In this document: in pieces, positions 1 through 10,423 of the stretch
How the letters are laid out: the number at the start of each line of letters is the position of its first letter
How positions within the stretch are numbered: position 1 is the stretch's first letter
Assembly (NCBI GenBank): GCA_034658655.1
Contig: JAYEFQ010000079.1
Location: forward strand, 8,965 to 72,964
Length of the DNA: 64,000 nt
DNA from: Bacteroidota bacterium
Lineage (GTDB): Bacteria; Bacteroidota; Bacteroidia; Bacteroidales; ML635J-15
Direction of reading: 5' to 3'
Notes under the pieces: model-generated
What the model was told of the DNA's origin: nothing
Seen by the model: the letters and a program-made list of their open reading frames with translations, nothing else
Database searches by the model: none
Position numbers and translations under genes: made by a program

Positions 1-676
1 TATCGGAGAAAATGTAAAAATTGGAAACGATGTGAAAATTTATCCCCACACTTATATCGGAGACAATGTTACAATTGGAGAGAATGTAAACATTTATGCC
101 GGAGTTAAAATATATCATGCCTGCAATATTGGAAATGAATGCATTATTCATGCCGGAACAGTAATTGGCTCAGATGGATTTGGCTTTGCACCAGATGAAC
201 AAGGAAATTACAACAAAATTCAACAAGTGGGCAATGTAATTATTGAAAAACGAGTTGAAATTGGCGCAAATACATGTATTGACAGGGCAACTATGGGTTC
301 AACTGTCATTAAAGAAGGCGTAAAACTCGACAATTTAATTCAAATTGGTCATAATGTAATTGTTGGGAAAAACACAGTAGCTGCAGCACAAACCGGAATT
401 AGCGGATCAACACAAATCGGAGAACGATGTATGTTTGGAGGTCAAGTTGGCTTAGCCGGACACATAAAAGTTGGAGACAATGTTCTTTTTGGTGCGCAAG
501 CCGGTGTGCCGAACGATGTGAAATCCGGGGAAAAATTACTTGGAAGCCCTGCCATTCCAGTTATGGATTTTAAACGCAGTTATATTATTCAAAAACGGTT
601 GCCGGAAATGCGTGAAGAAATATTAGCCCTTAGAAAAGAAATTGAAGCGCTAAAAATCCTATTAAACAACAAATAA
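1..676 (+). CDS. lpxD: UDP-3-O-acylglucosamine N-acyltransferase LpxD, C-terminal part (5' end lies outside the window)
   Basis: The frame stays open back to nt 2 ([16 protein letters not shown]...). It contains left-handed beta-helix hexapeptide repeats and the C-terminal helix typical of LpxD. It is followed by lpxC/fabZ and lpxA, the conserved Bacteroidota order. Confidence 0.85.
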   Translation, partial: IGENVKIGNDVKIYPHTYIGDNVTIGENVNIYAGVKIYHACNIGNECIIHAGTVIGSDGFGFAPDEQGNYNKIQQVGNVIIEKRVEIGANTCIDRATMGSTVIKEGVKLDNLIQIGHNVIVGKNTVAAAQTGISGSTQIGERCMFGGQVGLAGHIKVGDNVLFGAQAGVPNDVKSGEKLLGSPAIPVMDFKRSYIIQKRLPEMREEILALRKEIEALKILLNNK

Positions 677-753
677 TTATTTCCACAAAAAAAATAATCA
701 CCTCACTACCTACGCTTTAAGTAATTTGTTTTTTTTTAATTGATTGATAATGT

Positions 754-761
754 TATTTTTG
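754..761 (+). promoter_or_regulatory. Bacteroidota sigma-A -7 box (TATTTTTG, matches TAnnTTTG)
   Basis: Exact TAnnTTTG match 32 nt upstream of the lpxC/fabZ ATG, in a 116-nt intergenic gap. Confidence 0.4.
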
Positions 762-792
762 CCAGCAAATTATCCTTTTTTACTCGAAAATC

Positions 793-2187
793 ATGAGCGA
801 AAAACAAAAAACGATTGCAAAATCAGTGAGCCTATCAGGCATTGGTTTGCACACAGGAGAAAAAGTAACATTATGCATTAAGCCCGCACCGACTAATCAT
901 TGGTTCAAATTCTGTCGTATTGACTTAGAAAACAAGCCAATTATTAATGCGATTGCCGATAATGTCGTTGACACATCACGCGGAACAACCATCGCCAAAG
1001 GAGATGCAAGCGTCAGCACCGTAGAACATTTACTAGCTGCCGTTTATGGTTTAGGGCTTGATAATTTACTTTTTGAATTAGACGGACCCGAAGTTCCTAT
1101 TCTTGACGGGAGCTCAAAGCAATGGGTTGATACCGTTTTAAAAGCAGGAATTATTGAGCAGGATGCAAATCGCTTTGAATTTGAATTCAAAGAGAAACAT
1201 GAATTGAATATCGAAGATAAAAACATTCAAATCACACTTTATCCTGAAGAAAAATTCACAATTAATGTGCTGGTTGATTATAAATCTACACAACTAGTTA
1301 ATCAGTTTGCTAGTTTAAACAGCTTGGATGAATTCCCAGAGCATTTTGCACCATGCAGAACCTTTGCTTTTCTGAGTGAACTTGAACCGCTTTTTAAAGC
1401 CGGTCTCATTAAAGGCGGCGACTTAAACAATGCTATTGTCATGGTTGACAAAGCCTATACAAAAGAAGAATTTGACCGTATCAAGGTACTGTTTGACAAA
1501 CCAGATATTGAAATTAAAACACAAGGTGTCCTCAACCATATCGATTTAAAATTTAATAACGAACCGGCAAGACATAAACTCATTGATATGATTGGCGATT
1601 TAGCACTAGTCGGATATCGTATTAAAGGAAATATTATTGGCAAACGTCCCGGACATTACGCAAATACAGAATTTGCAAAAATATTGCGAAAACACATTGT
1701 CAAAGAGCTAAAAAAGCCCGATGTTCCTGATTATAACCCCGATATAGCACCCCTTTTCGATACCAATGAAATTAAAAAACGTTTGCCCCATCGCTCACCA
1801 TTTCTCTTTGTAGATAAGGTATTAAGCCTAACCAACAAAGAAGTTGTGGGCATAAAAAATGTAACGCTTGACGAACCGTTTTTTGTCGGACATTTCCCCG
1901 ACGAACCTGTTATGCCTGGGGTACTACAAGTAGAAGCCATGGCTCAGGTTGGAGGAATCTTAGTATTAGAAACCGTTGATGAACCAGAAAAATATCTGAC
2001 TTTCTTTTTAAAAATTGATAAAGTTAAATTTAGAAAACAAGTTGTTCCAGGTGATACTTTAATCATGAAATTAACATTATTAGAACCTATCCGTCGAGGA
2101 ATCGCTATAATGAAAGGGGAATCTTTTGTCGGAGGAAAACTTGTATGCGAAGCCGAATTAACAGCCCAAATTATTAAATCGAAATAA
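793..2187 (+). CDS. lpxC/fabZ: bifunctional UDP-3-O-acyl-GlcNAc deacetylase / 3-hydroxyacyl-ACP dehydratase (LpxC-FabZ fusion)
   Basis: The N-terminal half is LpxC-like (SGIGLHTG, TTI, STVEHLLAA, HKLIDMIGDL). The C-terminal part is a FabZ hotdog domain (LPHRSPFLFVDKV, FFVGHFPDEPVMPGVL). The 464-aa fusion is typical of Bacteroidota. Confidence 0.9.
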   Translation: MSEKQKTIAKSVSLSGIGLHTGEKVTLCIKPAPTNHWFKFCRIDLENKPIINAIADNVVDTSRGTTIAKGDASVSTVEHLLAAVYGLGLDNLLFELDGPEVPILDGSSKQWVDTVLKAGIIEQDANRFEFEFKEKHELNIEDKNIQITLYPEEKFTINVLVDYKSTQLVNQFASLNSLDEFPEHFAPCRTFAFLSELEPLFKAGLIKGGDLNNAIVMVDKAYTKEEFDRIKVLFDKPDIEIKTQGVLNHIDLKFNNEPARHKLIDMIGDLALVGYRIKGNIIGKRPGHYANTEFAKILRKHIVKELKKPDVPDYNPDIAPLFDTNEIKKRLPHRSPFLFVDKVLSLTNKEVVGIKNVTLDEPFFVGHFPDEPVMPGVLQVEAMAQVGGILVLETVDEPEKYLTFFLKIDKVKFRKQVVPGDTLIMKLTLLEPIRRGIAIMKGESFVGGKLVCEAELTAQIIKSK

Positions 2188-2188
2188 G

Positions 2189-2968
2189 ATGAATCAACCC
2201 TTATCATACGTACATCCCGACGCAAAAATTGCAGCAAATGTCGTAATCGAACCATTTGTAACCATCAGCAAAAATGTTGAAATCGAAGAAGGTTGCTGGA
2301 TCGGTTCCAATGTTAGCATTATGGAAAATGTGAAAATTGGAAAAAACTGCAAAATATTTCCAGGAGCTGTTATTGGTGCAATTCCTCAAGACTTAAAATT
2401 TCAAGGGGAAAACACCTTCGTTGAAATTGGTGATAATAATACTATTCGAGAGTTTGTTACCATTAACAGAGGAACCGCTGCTCGAAACCTTACAAGTGTA
2501 GGCAATAATTGTTTGCTAATGGCATATACACACATTGCCCATGACTGCAAGCTCGGTAATAATATCATTATCGCGAATGCAGTACAACTTGCTGGAGAAG
2601 TTCAAATTGACGATTTTGCAATCATTGGTGGAACATCTGCTGTGCATCAATTTGTGCATGTCGGATCACATTGTATTATTCAAGGCGGCTCAAAAATTGG
2701 AAAAGACACTCCTCCCTTTACAAAGTCAGGAAGAGAACCTCTAACTTATAGCGGTGTTAATTCAATCGGCTTGCGAAGACGCAATTTTGATAATGATAAA
2801 ATTAATGAAATTCAGGAAATATACCGAAAACTATATCATAACGGAATGAACCGTTCTCAAGCAATTGACTATATTGAAGCCGAAATGCCAGCAACAAAAG
2901 AACGCGATGAAATCATCCTATTTGTAAGAAATTCAAAACGAGGAATTATACGCGGATATCTGGATTAA
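2189..2968 (+). CDS. lpxA: acyl-ACP--UDP-N-acetylglucosamine O-acyltransferase LpxA
   Basis: Hexapeptide-repeat protein of 259 aa with the LpxA-type C-terminal helical domain. It starts 1 nt after the lpxC/fabZ stop. Confidence 0.9.
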   Translation: MNQPLSYVHPDAKIAANVVIEPFVTISKNVEIEEGCWIGSNVSIMENVKIGKNCKIFPGAVIGAIPQDLKFQGENTFVEIGDNNTIREFVTINRGTAARNLTSVGNNCLLMAYTHIAHDCKLGNNIIIANAVQLAGEVQIDDFAIIGGTSAVHQFVHVGSHCIIQGGSKIGKDTPPFTKSGREPLTYSGVNSIGLRRRNFDNDKINEIQEIYRKLYHNGMNRSQAIDYIEAEMPATKERDEIILFVRNSKRGIIRGYLD

Positions 2969-3021
2969 TAATTATTTCTGAAATATTTTCATTAAATTGC
3001 AGATGTTTTAACCTAAAGACG

Positions 3022-3819
3022 ATGCAATACAGCGGAAATATTCTAAAAATGGACACAAATTTTGCAAAACCTGTGCAATACTACTTGCGCATCGGGCAAG
3101 AAAAAATCCATATGAACGAGCTGATCGGCAGAAAAATCCATTTAAAATTTCTTAACGAAATTAATTGCATTGCTTGCGGTGCAAAAACAAATAAATCTTT
3201 CCATCAAGGATATTGTTATAGTTGTTTTACGAGCCTGCCACAAACAGATGTCGGCATTTTGCATCCTGAAAAGGACCGCTCACATGAAGGGATTTCCCGC
3301 GATATGGAATGGGCAAAACGAAATAGCTTGGTTGAACATTATGTATATCTGGCAATTACCAGCAATTTAAAAGTTGGAGTAACCAGAGCAAAACAAGTTC
3401 CTACTCGCTGGATTGACCAAGGAGCATCTAAAGCAATCCGCTTTGCGAAAACACCATATCGGAAACTTGCCGGAGACATTGAAGTTGCTTTAAAAAATCA
3501 TGTTTCGGATAAAACCCAATGGAAACAAATGCTTTTATCAGCACCATCTGAAATAGATTTAAAATCGGAAAAATCAAGGCTTACTGCACTACTTCCTAAA
3601 GAACTATCTCAATACCTCAGCATAGATAATCGCATTACCGAAATCATGTATCCGGGGAGTTATGATTTCTCTAAAATCTATCAACAACATTTTGACGATT
3701 CTCAAGAAATTTCCGGAGATTTAATTGCAATTCGCGGGCAATATCTTATTTTCAAACAAGGATTTGCCACCAATATTCGTCGCCATAACGGATATAAAAT
3801 TGAAATGAATATCAGCTAG
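3022..3819 (+). CDS. DUF2797-like conserved protein (Cys-cluster CxxC...CxxC)
   Basis: 265 aa. Contains CIACGAKTNKSFHQGYCYSCF followed by YVYLAITSNLKVGVTR..PTRWIDQGA, which I recall as the DUF2797 pattern. No HMM was run. Confidence 0.55.
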   Translation: MQYSGNILKMDTNFAKPVQYYLRIGQEKIHMNELIGRKIHLKFLNEINCIACGAKTNKSFHQGYCYSCFTSLPQTDVGILHPEKDRSHEGISRDMEWAKRNSLVEHYVYLAITSNLKVGVTRAKQVPTRWIDQGASKAIRFAKTPYRKLAGDIEVALKNHVSDKTQWKQMLLSAPSEIDLKSEKSRLTALLPKELSQYLSIDNRITEIMYPGSYDFSKIYQQHFDDSQEISGDLIAIRGQYLIFKQGFATNIRRHNGYKIEMNIS

Positions 3820-3821
3820 TT

Positions 3822-4283
3822 GTGGAAGTATCACAACTTAAAACCATGCTCGAAAAAGCCAGACGTTACTGTCTGCGAGGAGAAAAATGTCGAAATGATT
3901 TGCAAAAGAAACTATTTCAATGGCAAATCCCCTCCCACTTGCACGAAACTATCACTGACACAATGATTGACGAGCGTTTTATTGATGAGTCCCGCTTTGC
4001 CAAAAGTTTTGTCAACGATAAATGCTACTTATCAAAATGGGGGAAAATAAAAATCCGTTATGCACTATCCGGAAAGCAAATTTCAGAAAATCTCATCAAT
4101 GAAGCCCTAAACGAAATCGACATGAATAAATACCGTAATATTTTACGGGAACTTGCTAAAAACAAACAAAAACAACTTGCAAAAAAAGAATCTGACCCTT
4201 GGATTGCTAAACAAAAGCGATTTGCCTTTTTGGCACAACGAGGTTTTGAAACAGAGGAGATTAATAAAATCTTTTCCGATTAA
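3822..4283 (+). CDS. recX: RecX-like regulatory protein
   Basis: 153 aa, helical, with a RecX-like N-terminus (KARRYCLRGEKCRNDLQKKL) and repeated helical modules. GTG start at 3822, with an alternative ATG at 3846. Confidence 0.5.
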   Translation: MEVSQLKTMLEKARRYCLRGEKCRNDLQKKLFQWQIPSHLHETITDTMIDERFIDESRFAKSFVNDKCYLSKWGKIKIRYALSGKQISENLINEALNEIDMNKYRNILRELAKNKQKQLAKKESDPWIAKQKRFAFLAQRGFETEEINKIFSD

Positions 4284-4356
4284 TTTATACACCATCTAAA
4301 TTATCTGTCAACACAGGAATTCCGTTTTAGGCACTTGCTCAAATCGGCTTAAATCG

Positions 4357-4364
4357 TATCTTTG
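4357..4364 (+). promoter_or_regulatory. -7 box TATCTTTG (TAnnTTTG)
   Basis: Exact motif 48 nt upstream of the ATG at 4412. Confidence 0.35.
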
Positions 4365-4411
4365 AGTTTCATTTTTTTTTAGTACGATGCGGATAGTTTA
4401 ATTTGTGTAGA

Positions 4412-5740
4412 ATGAACAAACAAAACTTATACAAAATTGGATTGTCAACGGCAATTGCTGTAGTTATAGCAAATATGGTGGGAACAGGAGTTTTCACAAG
4501 CCTAGGGTATCAGGTAATAGACCTAAAACACGGCTTTACAATTATCATGCTATGGGCAATTGGAGGAATGCTTGCACTATTTGGCAGTTTTGCATACGGT
4601 GAGTTAGGCGCAAGTTTACCCCGTAATGGAGGAGAATACAATTTCCTTTCTCGAATTTACCATCCATTTTTAGGATTTCTTGCTGGATGGGTATCCATCA
4701 TGATTGGATTTGCCGCCCCAATTGCAGCGGCATCACTGGCAATGGGGGATTACTCAATTGGGATGCTAGGCGGTGATGACCCAAATCAAATCAAAGAAAA
4801 AATAATTGCTGTCGGAATTTCCATAATAATTTCTGCAATTCACCTGCAAAATTTAAGAGCAATTTCTCGCTTTCAGAAATTTTTCACCGTCTTTAAAATT
4901 ATTTTAATTATTGTACTTATCATTCTGGGATTCTCTTTAACAGACGGGTCTCAAATCAGCTTTGCACCTACCAAACAAAGCATTAACGACATGTTTACCA
5001 TGGCATTTGCAGGCAGCTTGGTGTGGGTAATGTTGGCATATTCGGGATGGAATGCCGCAGCCTACATTGTGGATGACATGAAAAATCCGGGGAAAAACCT
5101 TCCGAAATCATTATTTATTGGAACTGCATTGGTTGCAGTGCTATATGTTTTACTCAACATGATGTTTCTTTATGTTGCGCCTATTAGCGATTTGATTTCA
5201 CAAAAAGATGTCGGTAATGTCGCCGCACAAAATGTATTCGGACATACCGGAGTAGCCATCGTTTCCGGATTAATTGCCTTTGCACTTATTTCTGCAATCA
5301 GCTCTATGATTTGGGCAGGTCCTCGCGTTAGTGCCGCAATTGGTGAAGACATGCGCCTTTTTAAATTCCTCAATACGAGAAACAGAAATAAAGTGCCATC
5401 TCAGGCAATTTTATTTCAACTCGGACTAATCATACCAATGATTCTGTTTGTTTCATTTAGCGATTTAATTGAATTTACTTCTGTTTTATTAAGTATTTTC
5501 TCATTTTTGACGGTACTCGGCGTTTTTGTGTTACGCGTTCGCGAACCAAAACTCAAACGACCATACAAAGCGTGGGGATATCCCATTACTCCAGCAATTT
5601 ATCTTATTCTCACCGGGTGGATGATTATCTTTTTCCTGAAAATGAAACCGAACATTCTTTTTGCTATTCTCCTAACTCTTATTGCCGGTGGAATTACGTA
5701 TTACATCAGCATTTTATTAAACAAACGATTGAATAAATAA
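4412..5740 (+). CDS. APC-family amino acid permease
   Basis: About 12 predicted TM segments, with a GTGVFTSLG N-terminal motif and SGWNAAAY. The ORF opens at TTG 4403, but ATG 4412 (MNKQNLYK) is the more likely start. Confidence 0.8.
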   Translation: MNKQNLYKIGLSTAIAVVIANMVGTGVFTSLGYQVIDLKHGFTIIMLWAIGGMLALFGSFAYGELGASLPRNGGEYNFLSRIYHPFLGFLAGWVSIMIGFAAPIAAASLAMGDYSIGMLGGDDPNQIKEKIIAVGISIIISAIHLQNLRAISRFQKFFTVFKIILIIVLIILGFSLTDGSQISFAPTKQSINDMFTMAFAGSLVWVMLAYSGWNAAAYIVDDMKNPGKNLPKSLFIGTALVAVLYVLLNMMFLYVAPISDLISQKDVGNVAAQNVFGHTGVAIVSGLIAFALISAISSMIWAGPRVSAAIGEDMRLFKFLNTRNRNKVPSQAILFQLGLIIPMILFVSFSDLIEFTSVLLSIFSFLTVLGVFVLRVREPKLKRPYKAWGYPITPAIYLILTGWMIIFFLKMKPNILFAILLTLIAGGITYYISILLNKRLNK

Positions 5741-5746
5741 AAACTC

Positions 5747-6037
5747 ATGAAGCATTTATGGATTTCACTTATTGCCATTGTACTTTCTGTGTCATGCACC
5801 TCTCAAGACAAAGCAGACAGTATTCCTGTTAAAGAAACAACAGAAAGTGTAGATACACTGACAATCACTGCATCAAACAAACACGACAAAACAGCTCATC
5901 ACCTTAGTGGGACAGCCTTTTATTACGACGATGATTCTACTAGTATTTCCGAAACAGAATGGAACAATTACGCCATAACAATTAATAACAATTGGGATAT
6001 GATTGAAGAAAAAAGACTTCAACCCATGCAAAAGTAG
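5747..6037 (+). CDS. lipoprotein N-terminal fragment (signal peptide with lipobox SVSC), ends at an in-frame TAG
   Basis: MKHLWISLIAIVLSVSC is a lipoprotein signal. This ORF is in the same frame as ORF 6083-6940, and the only stop between them is one TAG at 6035-6037. Confidence 0.45.
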   Translation: MKHLWISLIAIVLSVSCTSQDKADSIPVKETTESVDTLTITASNKHDKTAHHLSGTAFYYDDDSTSISETEWNNYAITINNNWDMIEEKRLQPMQK

Positions 6038-6082
6038 GAATCTGATTATTTTAGAAATAAAATTAATGATAGTCTTGGGCTT

Positions 6083-6940
6083 TTGTACGCCTTTTCAGGA
6101 CCAGATTTTCTGCATGCTTACACTTTATTTCCCAATGCTAAAGATTATATTTTTCTGGCAAATGAAAAAATCGGACAAATGCCGGATTTTGATATCATAA
6201 CAGAGACTGAACAGCTTAGATATCTTCATAATATTGATCATTTTTTGCGTGATATTTATAAGCGCTCATACTTTATTACAAAGAACATGTTAACAGATAT
6301 AAGAGGAGAAAAAATAGAAGGTATTTTGCCGATATTTTATGTATTTTTATCCCGAACCGATCATGAGATTTTAAATGTAGAGGCAATAGAAATAGAAGAT
6401 GACGGCAGCTTATCTGTAATTCCGGACACTATCGACATTCCTAACACGACCTTTCGTGGGGTAAGGTTTTCGTTTCGCAAAAATGGAGAAACACAAGAAA
6501 AAACGCTCACTTATTTTTATTGTGATATTTCTGATGACGGATTTGTAAAAAACCCTGAAATGAAACCCTATTTAGAAAGCTTGGATATGATGAATGGATT
6601 TATAAAATCTGCATCTTACCTATTGCATTACCGTACATTTAGTACCATTCGAAATATATTACTTGATAAAACGCAAGCCCTATTTCAAGACGATACGGGT
6701 ATCCCGTTCAAATATTTTAACACAACAAGCAACAATTTTATCCTTTTCGGAAAATATGTGAAACCCATAGCCGACTTTAGTGAAAACTTAACTCAGCAAG
6801 ATTTAAAACAAACATACAGCAGTGATGATTACGAACATCAAGATTTGCCTTTTTCTTTAGGATATCATTGGTACACAAACAATCAAAACTATATGCTAAT
6901 TCTTAAAAACCAAGGACAAACAATTACTCCAAGTGATTGA
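6083..6940 (+). CDS. hypothetical protein, probably the C-terminal body of the 5747 lipoprotein gene
   Basis: Long ORF with no signal peptide and only a TTG start. The first in-frame ATG is 32 codons in (6179). It shares the frame of 5747-6037. Confidence 0.45.
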   Translation: MYAFSGPDFLHAYTLFPNAKDYIFLANEKIGQMPDFDIITETEQLRYLHNIDHFLRDIYKRSYFITKNMLTDIRGEKIEGILPIFYVFLSRTDHEILNVEAIEIEDDGSLSVIPDTIDIPNTTFRGVRFSFRKNGETQEKTLTYFYCDISDDGFVKNPEMKPYLESLDMMNGFIKSASYLLHYRTFSTIRNILLDKTQALFQDDTGIPFKYFNTTSNNFILFGKYVKPIADFSENLTQQDLKQTYSSDDYEHQDLPFSLGYHWYTNNQNYMLILKNQGQTITPSD

Positions 6941-7055
6941 GACGCACCATTTTCACTCGCGTTTTATGGAGTAATACCGATTGTGATTAATAAATGGCAT
7001 AACAATGAGACAAAAATCTATCATCGGGAAAATTTTCATGAACTATTAATTTCTC

Positions 7056-7063
7056 TATCTTTG
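7056..7063 (+). promoter_or_regulatory. -7 box TATCTTTG (TAnnTTTG)
   Basis: Exact motif 27 nt upstream of ATG 7090. Confidence 0.4.
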
Positions 7064-7089
7064 TAAGCATAATTGCAGCATACAAAATT

Positions 7090-8238
7090 ATGGCTACTCC
7101 ACAAGATACATCAAATCGGTTTTATTTTCCATATCTGGATGTCGTTCGATTTATTGCAGCATTTATGATTATTATTTACCACGGCTATGAAGCTTGGAGA
7201 GGTTGGTTTGGAGAAATTGGAGTATTATCTAACGGAACCTATACGACACTTTCTCCGGGAGGAAAACTAGTTCATCAGATGCTCAAAAACTTTGAAATCG
7301 GCGTTGATGTTTTCTTCCTTTTAAGTGGTTTTTTAATTACTTATATCCTAATAAAAGAAAAAGAACGTTTCGGAAAAATTAACATATTTAATTTTATCGT
7401 TCGACGAACACTACGTATATGGCCCTTGTATTTCTTATTAATTGCAATTGCTCCATTTATTGTTTCATGGGTAAATGCCGATAGCCCAAATTATCTTGCA
7501 AACATTTTATTTGTCAATAATTTCCATGCAATAAATACCACAAAATGGACATACCCATTTGCACATTTCTGGTCAATTTGTATAGAGGAACATTTTTATC
7601 TTGTTTGGCCTTTTATCATTGCATTTATTCCAACAAAACATTTGATGAAGGTATTTATCAGCTTAATAATAATTAGCATTGCTTTCAGAATGTACACGGT
7701 TATGGCAATGGACAGACCTTGGTTTTCATTGTATTTGCATACTATATCAAGAATGGATGTACTCATAATAGGTGCAATCGGGGCATATTATTATGCAAAG
7801 AAACCATTCGAAATAAATTTGAGTCGATATTACCGTATTTTATTATGGGTAGTTTTAATTGGGGTGTTCTGTTTTGAACCAGTTGTGAATTGGAACTCAG
7901 TTTTTCTAGCAGGCTTTAAAAAATTCTTTTATATTGCTATAATAAGCATGTTATTACTAGATTACAATTTCAATGCAAAATTCAGGCATATACTAAAACC
8001 AAATAGCATTTTCCACTATTTTGGAAAAATCTCTTACGGAATTTACATGTACGGAAACATCTTATTACTCATTATCATGAAAAAAATTATGATGAAATGG
8101 GAAATCGACAATTTGTATATATACATGATTCTCGTAACCGGATTAACACTTATTATTCCGGCAATTAGTTATGAACTTATTGAACGACCAATACTCAAAC
8201 TTAAACGGAAGTTTGCAAGGATTAAAACCCACCGGTAA
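7090..8238 (+). CDS. acyltransferase family 3 (OafA-like) integral membrane protein
   Basis: 382 aa with about 10 TM helices. N-terminal YLDVVRFIAAFMIIIYH and FFLLSGFLITY match the acyltransferase_3 pattern. Confidence 0.75.
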   Translation: MATPQDTSNRFYFPYLDVVRFIAAFMIIIYHGYEAWRGWFGEIGVLSNGTYTTLSPGGKLVHQMLKNFEIGVDVFFLLSGFLITYILIKEKERFGKINIFNFIVRRTLRIWPLYFLLIAIAPFIVSWVNADSPNYLANILFVNNFHAINTTKWTYPFAHFWSICIEEHFYLVWPFIIAFIPTKHLMKVFISLIIISIAFRMYTVMAMDRPWFSLYLHTISRMDVLIIGAIGAYYYAKKPFEINLSRYYRILLWVVLIGVFCFEPVVNWNSVFLAGFKKFFYIAIISMLLLDYNFNAKFRHILKPNSIFHYFGKISYGIYMYGNILLLIIMKKIMMKWEIDNLYIYMILVTGLTLIIPAISYELIERPILKLKRKFARIKTHR

Positions 8239-8267
8239 GCAGCTATTGCTTATAAAAAAATAAATTT

Positions 8268-9347
8268 TTATTGCTTTACAATTTTACGTGTGATGGTATT
8301 TCCACTGCTTAAATCTGAAATCCTAACCATATAAATTCCTGATTGTAAGCTAGAAATATCCACAGAAAAATCTGACTGCATAGTAGTTTCTCTTAACAAA
8401 GATTTTCCACAATAATCAAAAACAATCACTTGATATCCCTTTGGGGAATAAACAGAAATTTCTAAATTTAATACATCCTTTACCGGATTCGGGGAAATAT
8501 TTGCATCTTGTAAAACAACAGGGATACTGGAATTTGGTGGGTCTCCCCAAACATATTCTACAAATTCAGGATTATCAACATAAGGATTTCTATTATACTG
8601 CCAATCGTAAATAGCATTGTTTCGGTTCTGCTCTTTTACACTCACAGGGTCATTTTCATGCCAAGTCATTAGCATTTCTAATGCTCCTGACTTAATCTGT
8701 GATCCATCAACCATATCATTGCTGTTGAAACTTCCGTCTTCATTATAATAGCGAGTTGCCATATAAAAATAAATGCGTGCAAAATCACCTTTATACCCAT
8801 CAATGGGTTCAAAAACCGTTTCATTTGTCCATGACAAAGCAGAACTTCCCTTTTTACTTCCGTTAGTTGATGTCCAACTTGCACTACTTACTTCTCCATA
8901 AACTAAATTACTGCGTTGTCCATTCGTGTATCCATCAGTAGGCACAAGCATAACTAAATCAGTGTACATTGGAGATGCATCATTATACCACGATTTTGGC
9001 CAAGAATGTTCACGATTGTAACAAGATCCTTCGCCTGAATAATTGCCACATTGATCACTTCCAAAAGTAAAATCATACGAAGGTGTTCCACCGGGAACAT
9101 CACTATACATATCCCACACTAAATTGCTATCATCCGGCCTTGGGTCTGTATCTACAAACGCGTCCCATAAATCACCATAACTTAATGGATTATGATTATC
9201 AATAATATTATGCAGTGCTTGTTGTAAATCTTCACCATAAAGCCCATCAGCACTATCGTAATACCCTGCTGGAATTTGTGCAGTGGCAAGAATGGCAGAC
9301 AAAATGCCTGCCATTGTAAAAACAAATCGTTTGTAAAAAATGAACAT
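8268..9347 (-). CDS. secreted endonuclease I family nuclease with T9SS C-terminal sorting domain
   Basis: Signal peptide. Contains YYD...LHNIIDNH..LSYGDLW...VWDMYS...NREHSWPKSW, an endonuclease I-like pattern. The C-terminal 75 aa (ISPNPVKDVLNLEI...GIYMVRI) form a T9SS CTD. Confidence 0.75.
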   Translation of the reverse strand: MFIFYKRFVFTMAGILSAILATAQIPAGYYDSADGLYGEDLQQALHNIIDNHNPLSYGDLWDAFVDTDPRPDDSNLVWDMYSDVPGGTPSYDFTFGSDQCGNYSGEGSCYNREHSWPKSWYNDASPMYTDLVMLVPTDGYTNGQRSNLVYGEVSSASWTSTNGSKKGSSALSWTNETVFEPIDGYKGDFARIYFYMATRYYNEDGSFNSNDMVDGSQIKSGALEMLMTWHENDPVSVKEQNRNNAIYDWQYNRNPYVDNPEFVEYVWGDPPNSSIPVVLQDANISPNPVKDVLNLEISVYSPKGYQVIVFDYCGKSLLRETTMQSDFSVDISSLQSGIYMVRISDLSSGNTITRKIVKQ

Positions 9348-9350
9348 ATA

Positions 9351-10406
9351 CTATTCTTTAATTTCTTTAATTATGTAAATGTAAGCGGGAAAATGGTCAG
9401 AATATCCTCCCATATAGGTATCCCCAACATAAGTTCTCCATGGGTAACCTTTAAACCGACCGTCACGCTGCGTAAGTTCGATTTTATTATATACTTGAGC
9501 CTTATGATACTTATATGTATTCGGCTCACCCAAGGCTAAACCCTGACTAATAATCACTTGGTCAAAAAGATTCCATTTGTCACGATATGCACCAGAGCCA
9601 ACGCCATCACGAAAAAGCTGAGCATAAGGATTGAATAAATCACCCTTTTTCAATTCAGATTTTTTACGTTTTGCACGTAAATGTTCTTTTAATGATTCGT
9701 TTACCGGATCATCATTAAAGTCACCCATAACAACAATTTTTGCATCCTTATCTAATAGTTGTAAACTATCGACAATTTCACGAGTTTTATCCCCGGCAGC
9801 ATTACGTTTCGGACGGCTCGCTTTTTCTCCACCACGACGCGATGGCCAGTGATTAACAATAAAATGCATTAATTCACCATCAAAATTTCCGGAAACCAAC
9901 AAGTGATCTCTGGTTTTATCTTTCTTGTCGAAATCAAATGTCAAAGAAATTGATTTATAATCTGTTACTTCAAAGACAGACGTACGGTATAAAAAACCAA
10001 CATCAACCCCACGTTCATCTGGACCATCAACATGGACATAATCATATCCATATTTTTTCAGATCTGTTTTATTAATCAAATCTTTTAAAACAGTTGCATT
10101 TTCAATCTCTGAAACTCCAACAACAGCAGGCGGAAGTTTTGACAAATCTGCACCAATTTTTATAATTACTGAAGATAATCTCTCCAATTTTTCTTCGTAA
10201 ACTTTGGTATTATAGTTTTTATCTCCTTCTGGAGTAAACTCATCGTTAAGATAAATGTCTGGGTCATTAATTGTGTCAAACAAATTTTCAAGATTGTAAA
10301 AAGCAATTGTACTCACTTTAAATTGTTTCTCCTGTGCATTCACATTCATTGTGAGAAGAATTGTGAGCAGTGCAATTACGATAGTGTATAAGCGTTTCAT
10401 AAACAA
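9351..10406 (-). CDS. secreted endonuclease/exonuclease/phosphatase (EEP) family protein
   Basis: Signal peptide, N-terminal AFYNLENLFD and C-terminal GGYSDHFP are hallmarks of the EEP fold. There is a 3-nt gap to the endonuclease I gene. Confidence 0.75.
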   Translation of the reverse strand: MFMKRLYTIVIALLTILLTMNVNAQEKQFKVSTIAFYNLENLFDTINDPDIYLNDEFTPEGDKNYNTKVYEEKLERLSSVIIKIGADLSKLPPAVVGVSEIENATVLKDLINKTDLKKYGYDYVHVDGPDERGVDVGFLYRTSVFEVTDYKSISLTFDFDKKDKTRDHLLVSGNFDGELMHFIVNHWPSRRGGEKASRPKRNAAGDKTREIVDSLQLLDKDAKIVVMGDFNDDPVNESLKEHLRAKRKKSELKKGDLFNPYAQLFRDGVGSGAYRDKWNLFDQVIISQGLALGEPNTYKYHKAQVYNKIELTQRDGRFKGYPWRTYVGDTYMGGYSDHFPAYIYIIKEIKE

Positions 10407-10423
10407 AATATTTTCAAATTTAA

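Noticed and set aside
6941-6975. TGAGACG right after the 6083-6940 stop as a fourth copy of the intergenic element
   Set aside because: Only 7 nt match, including the TGA stop itself, and the remainder diverges completely.
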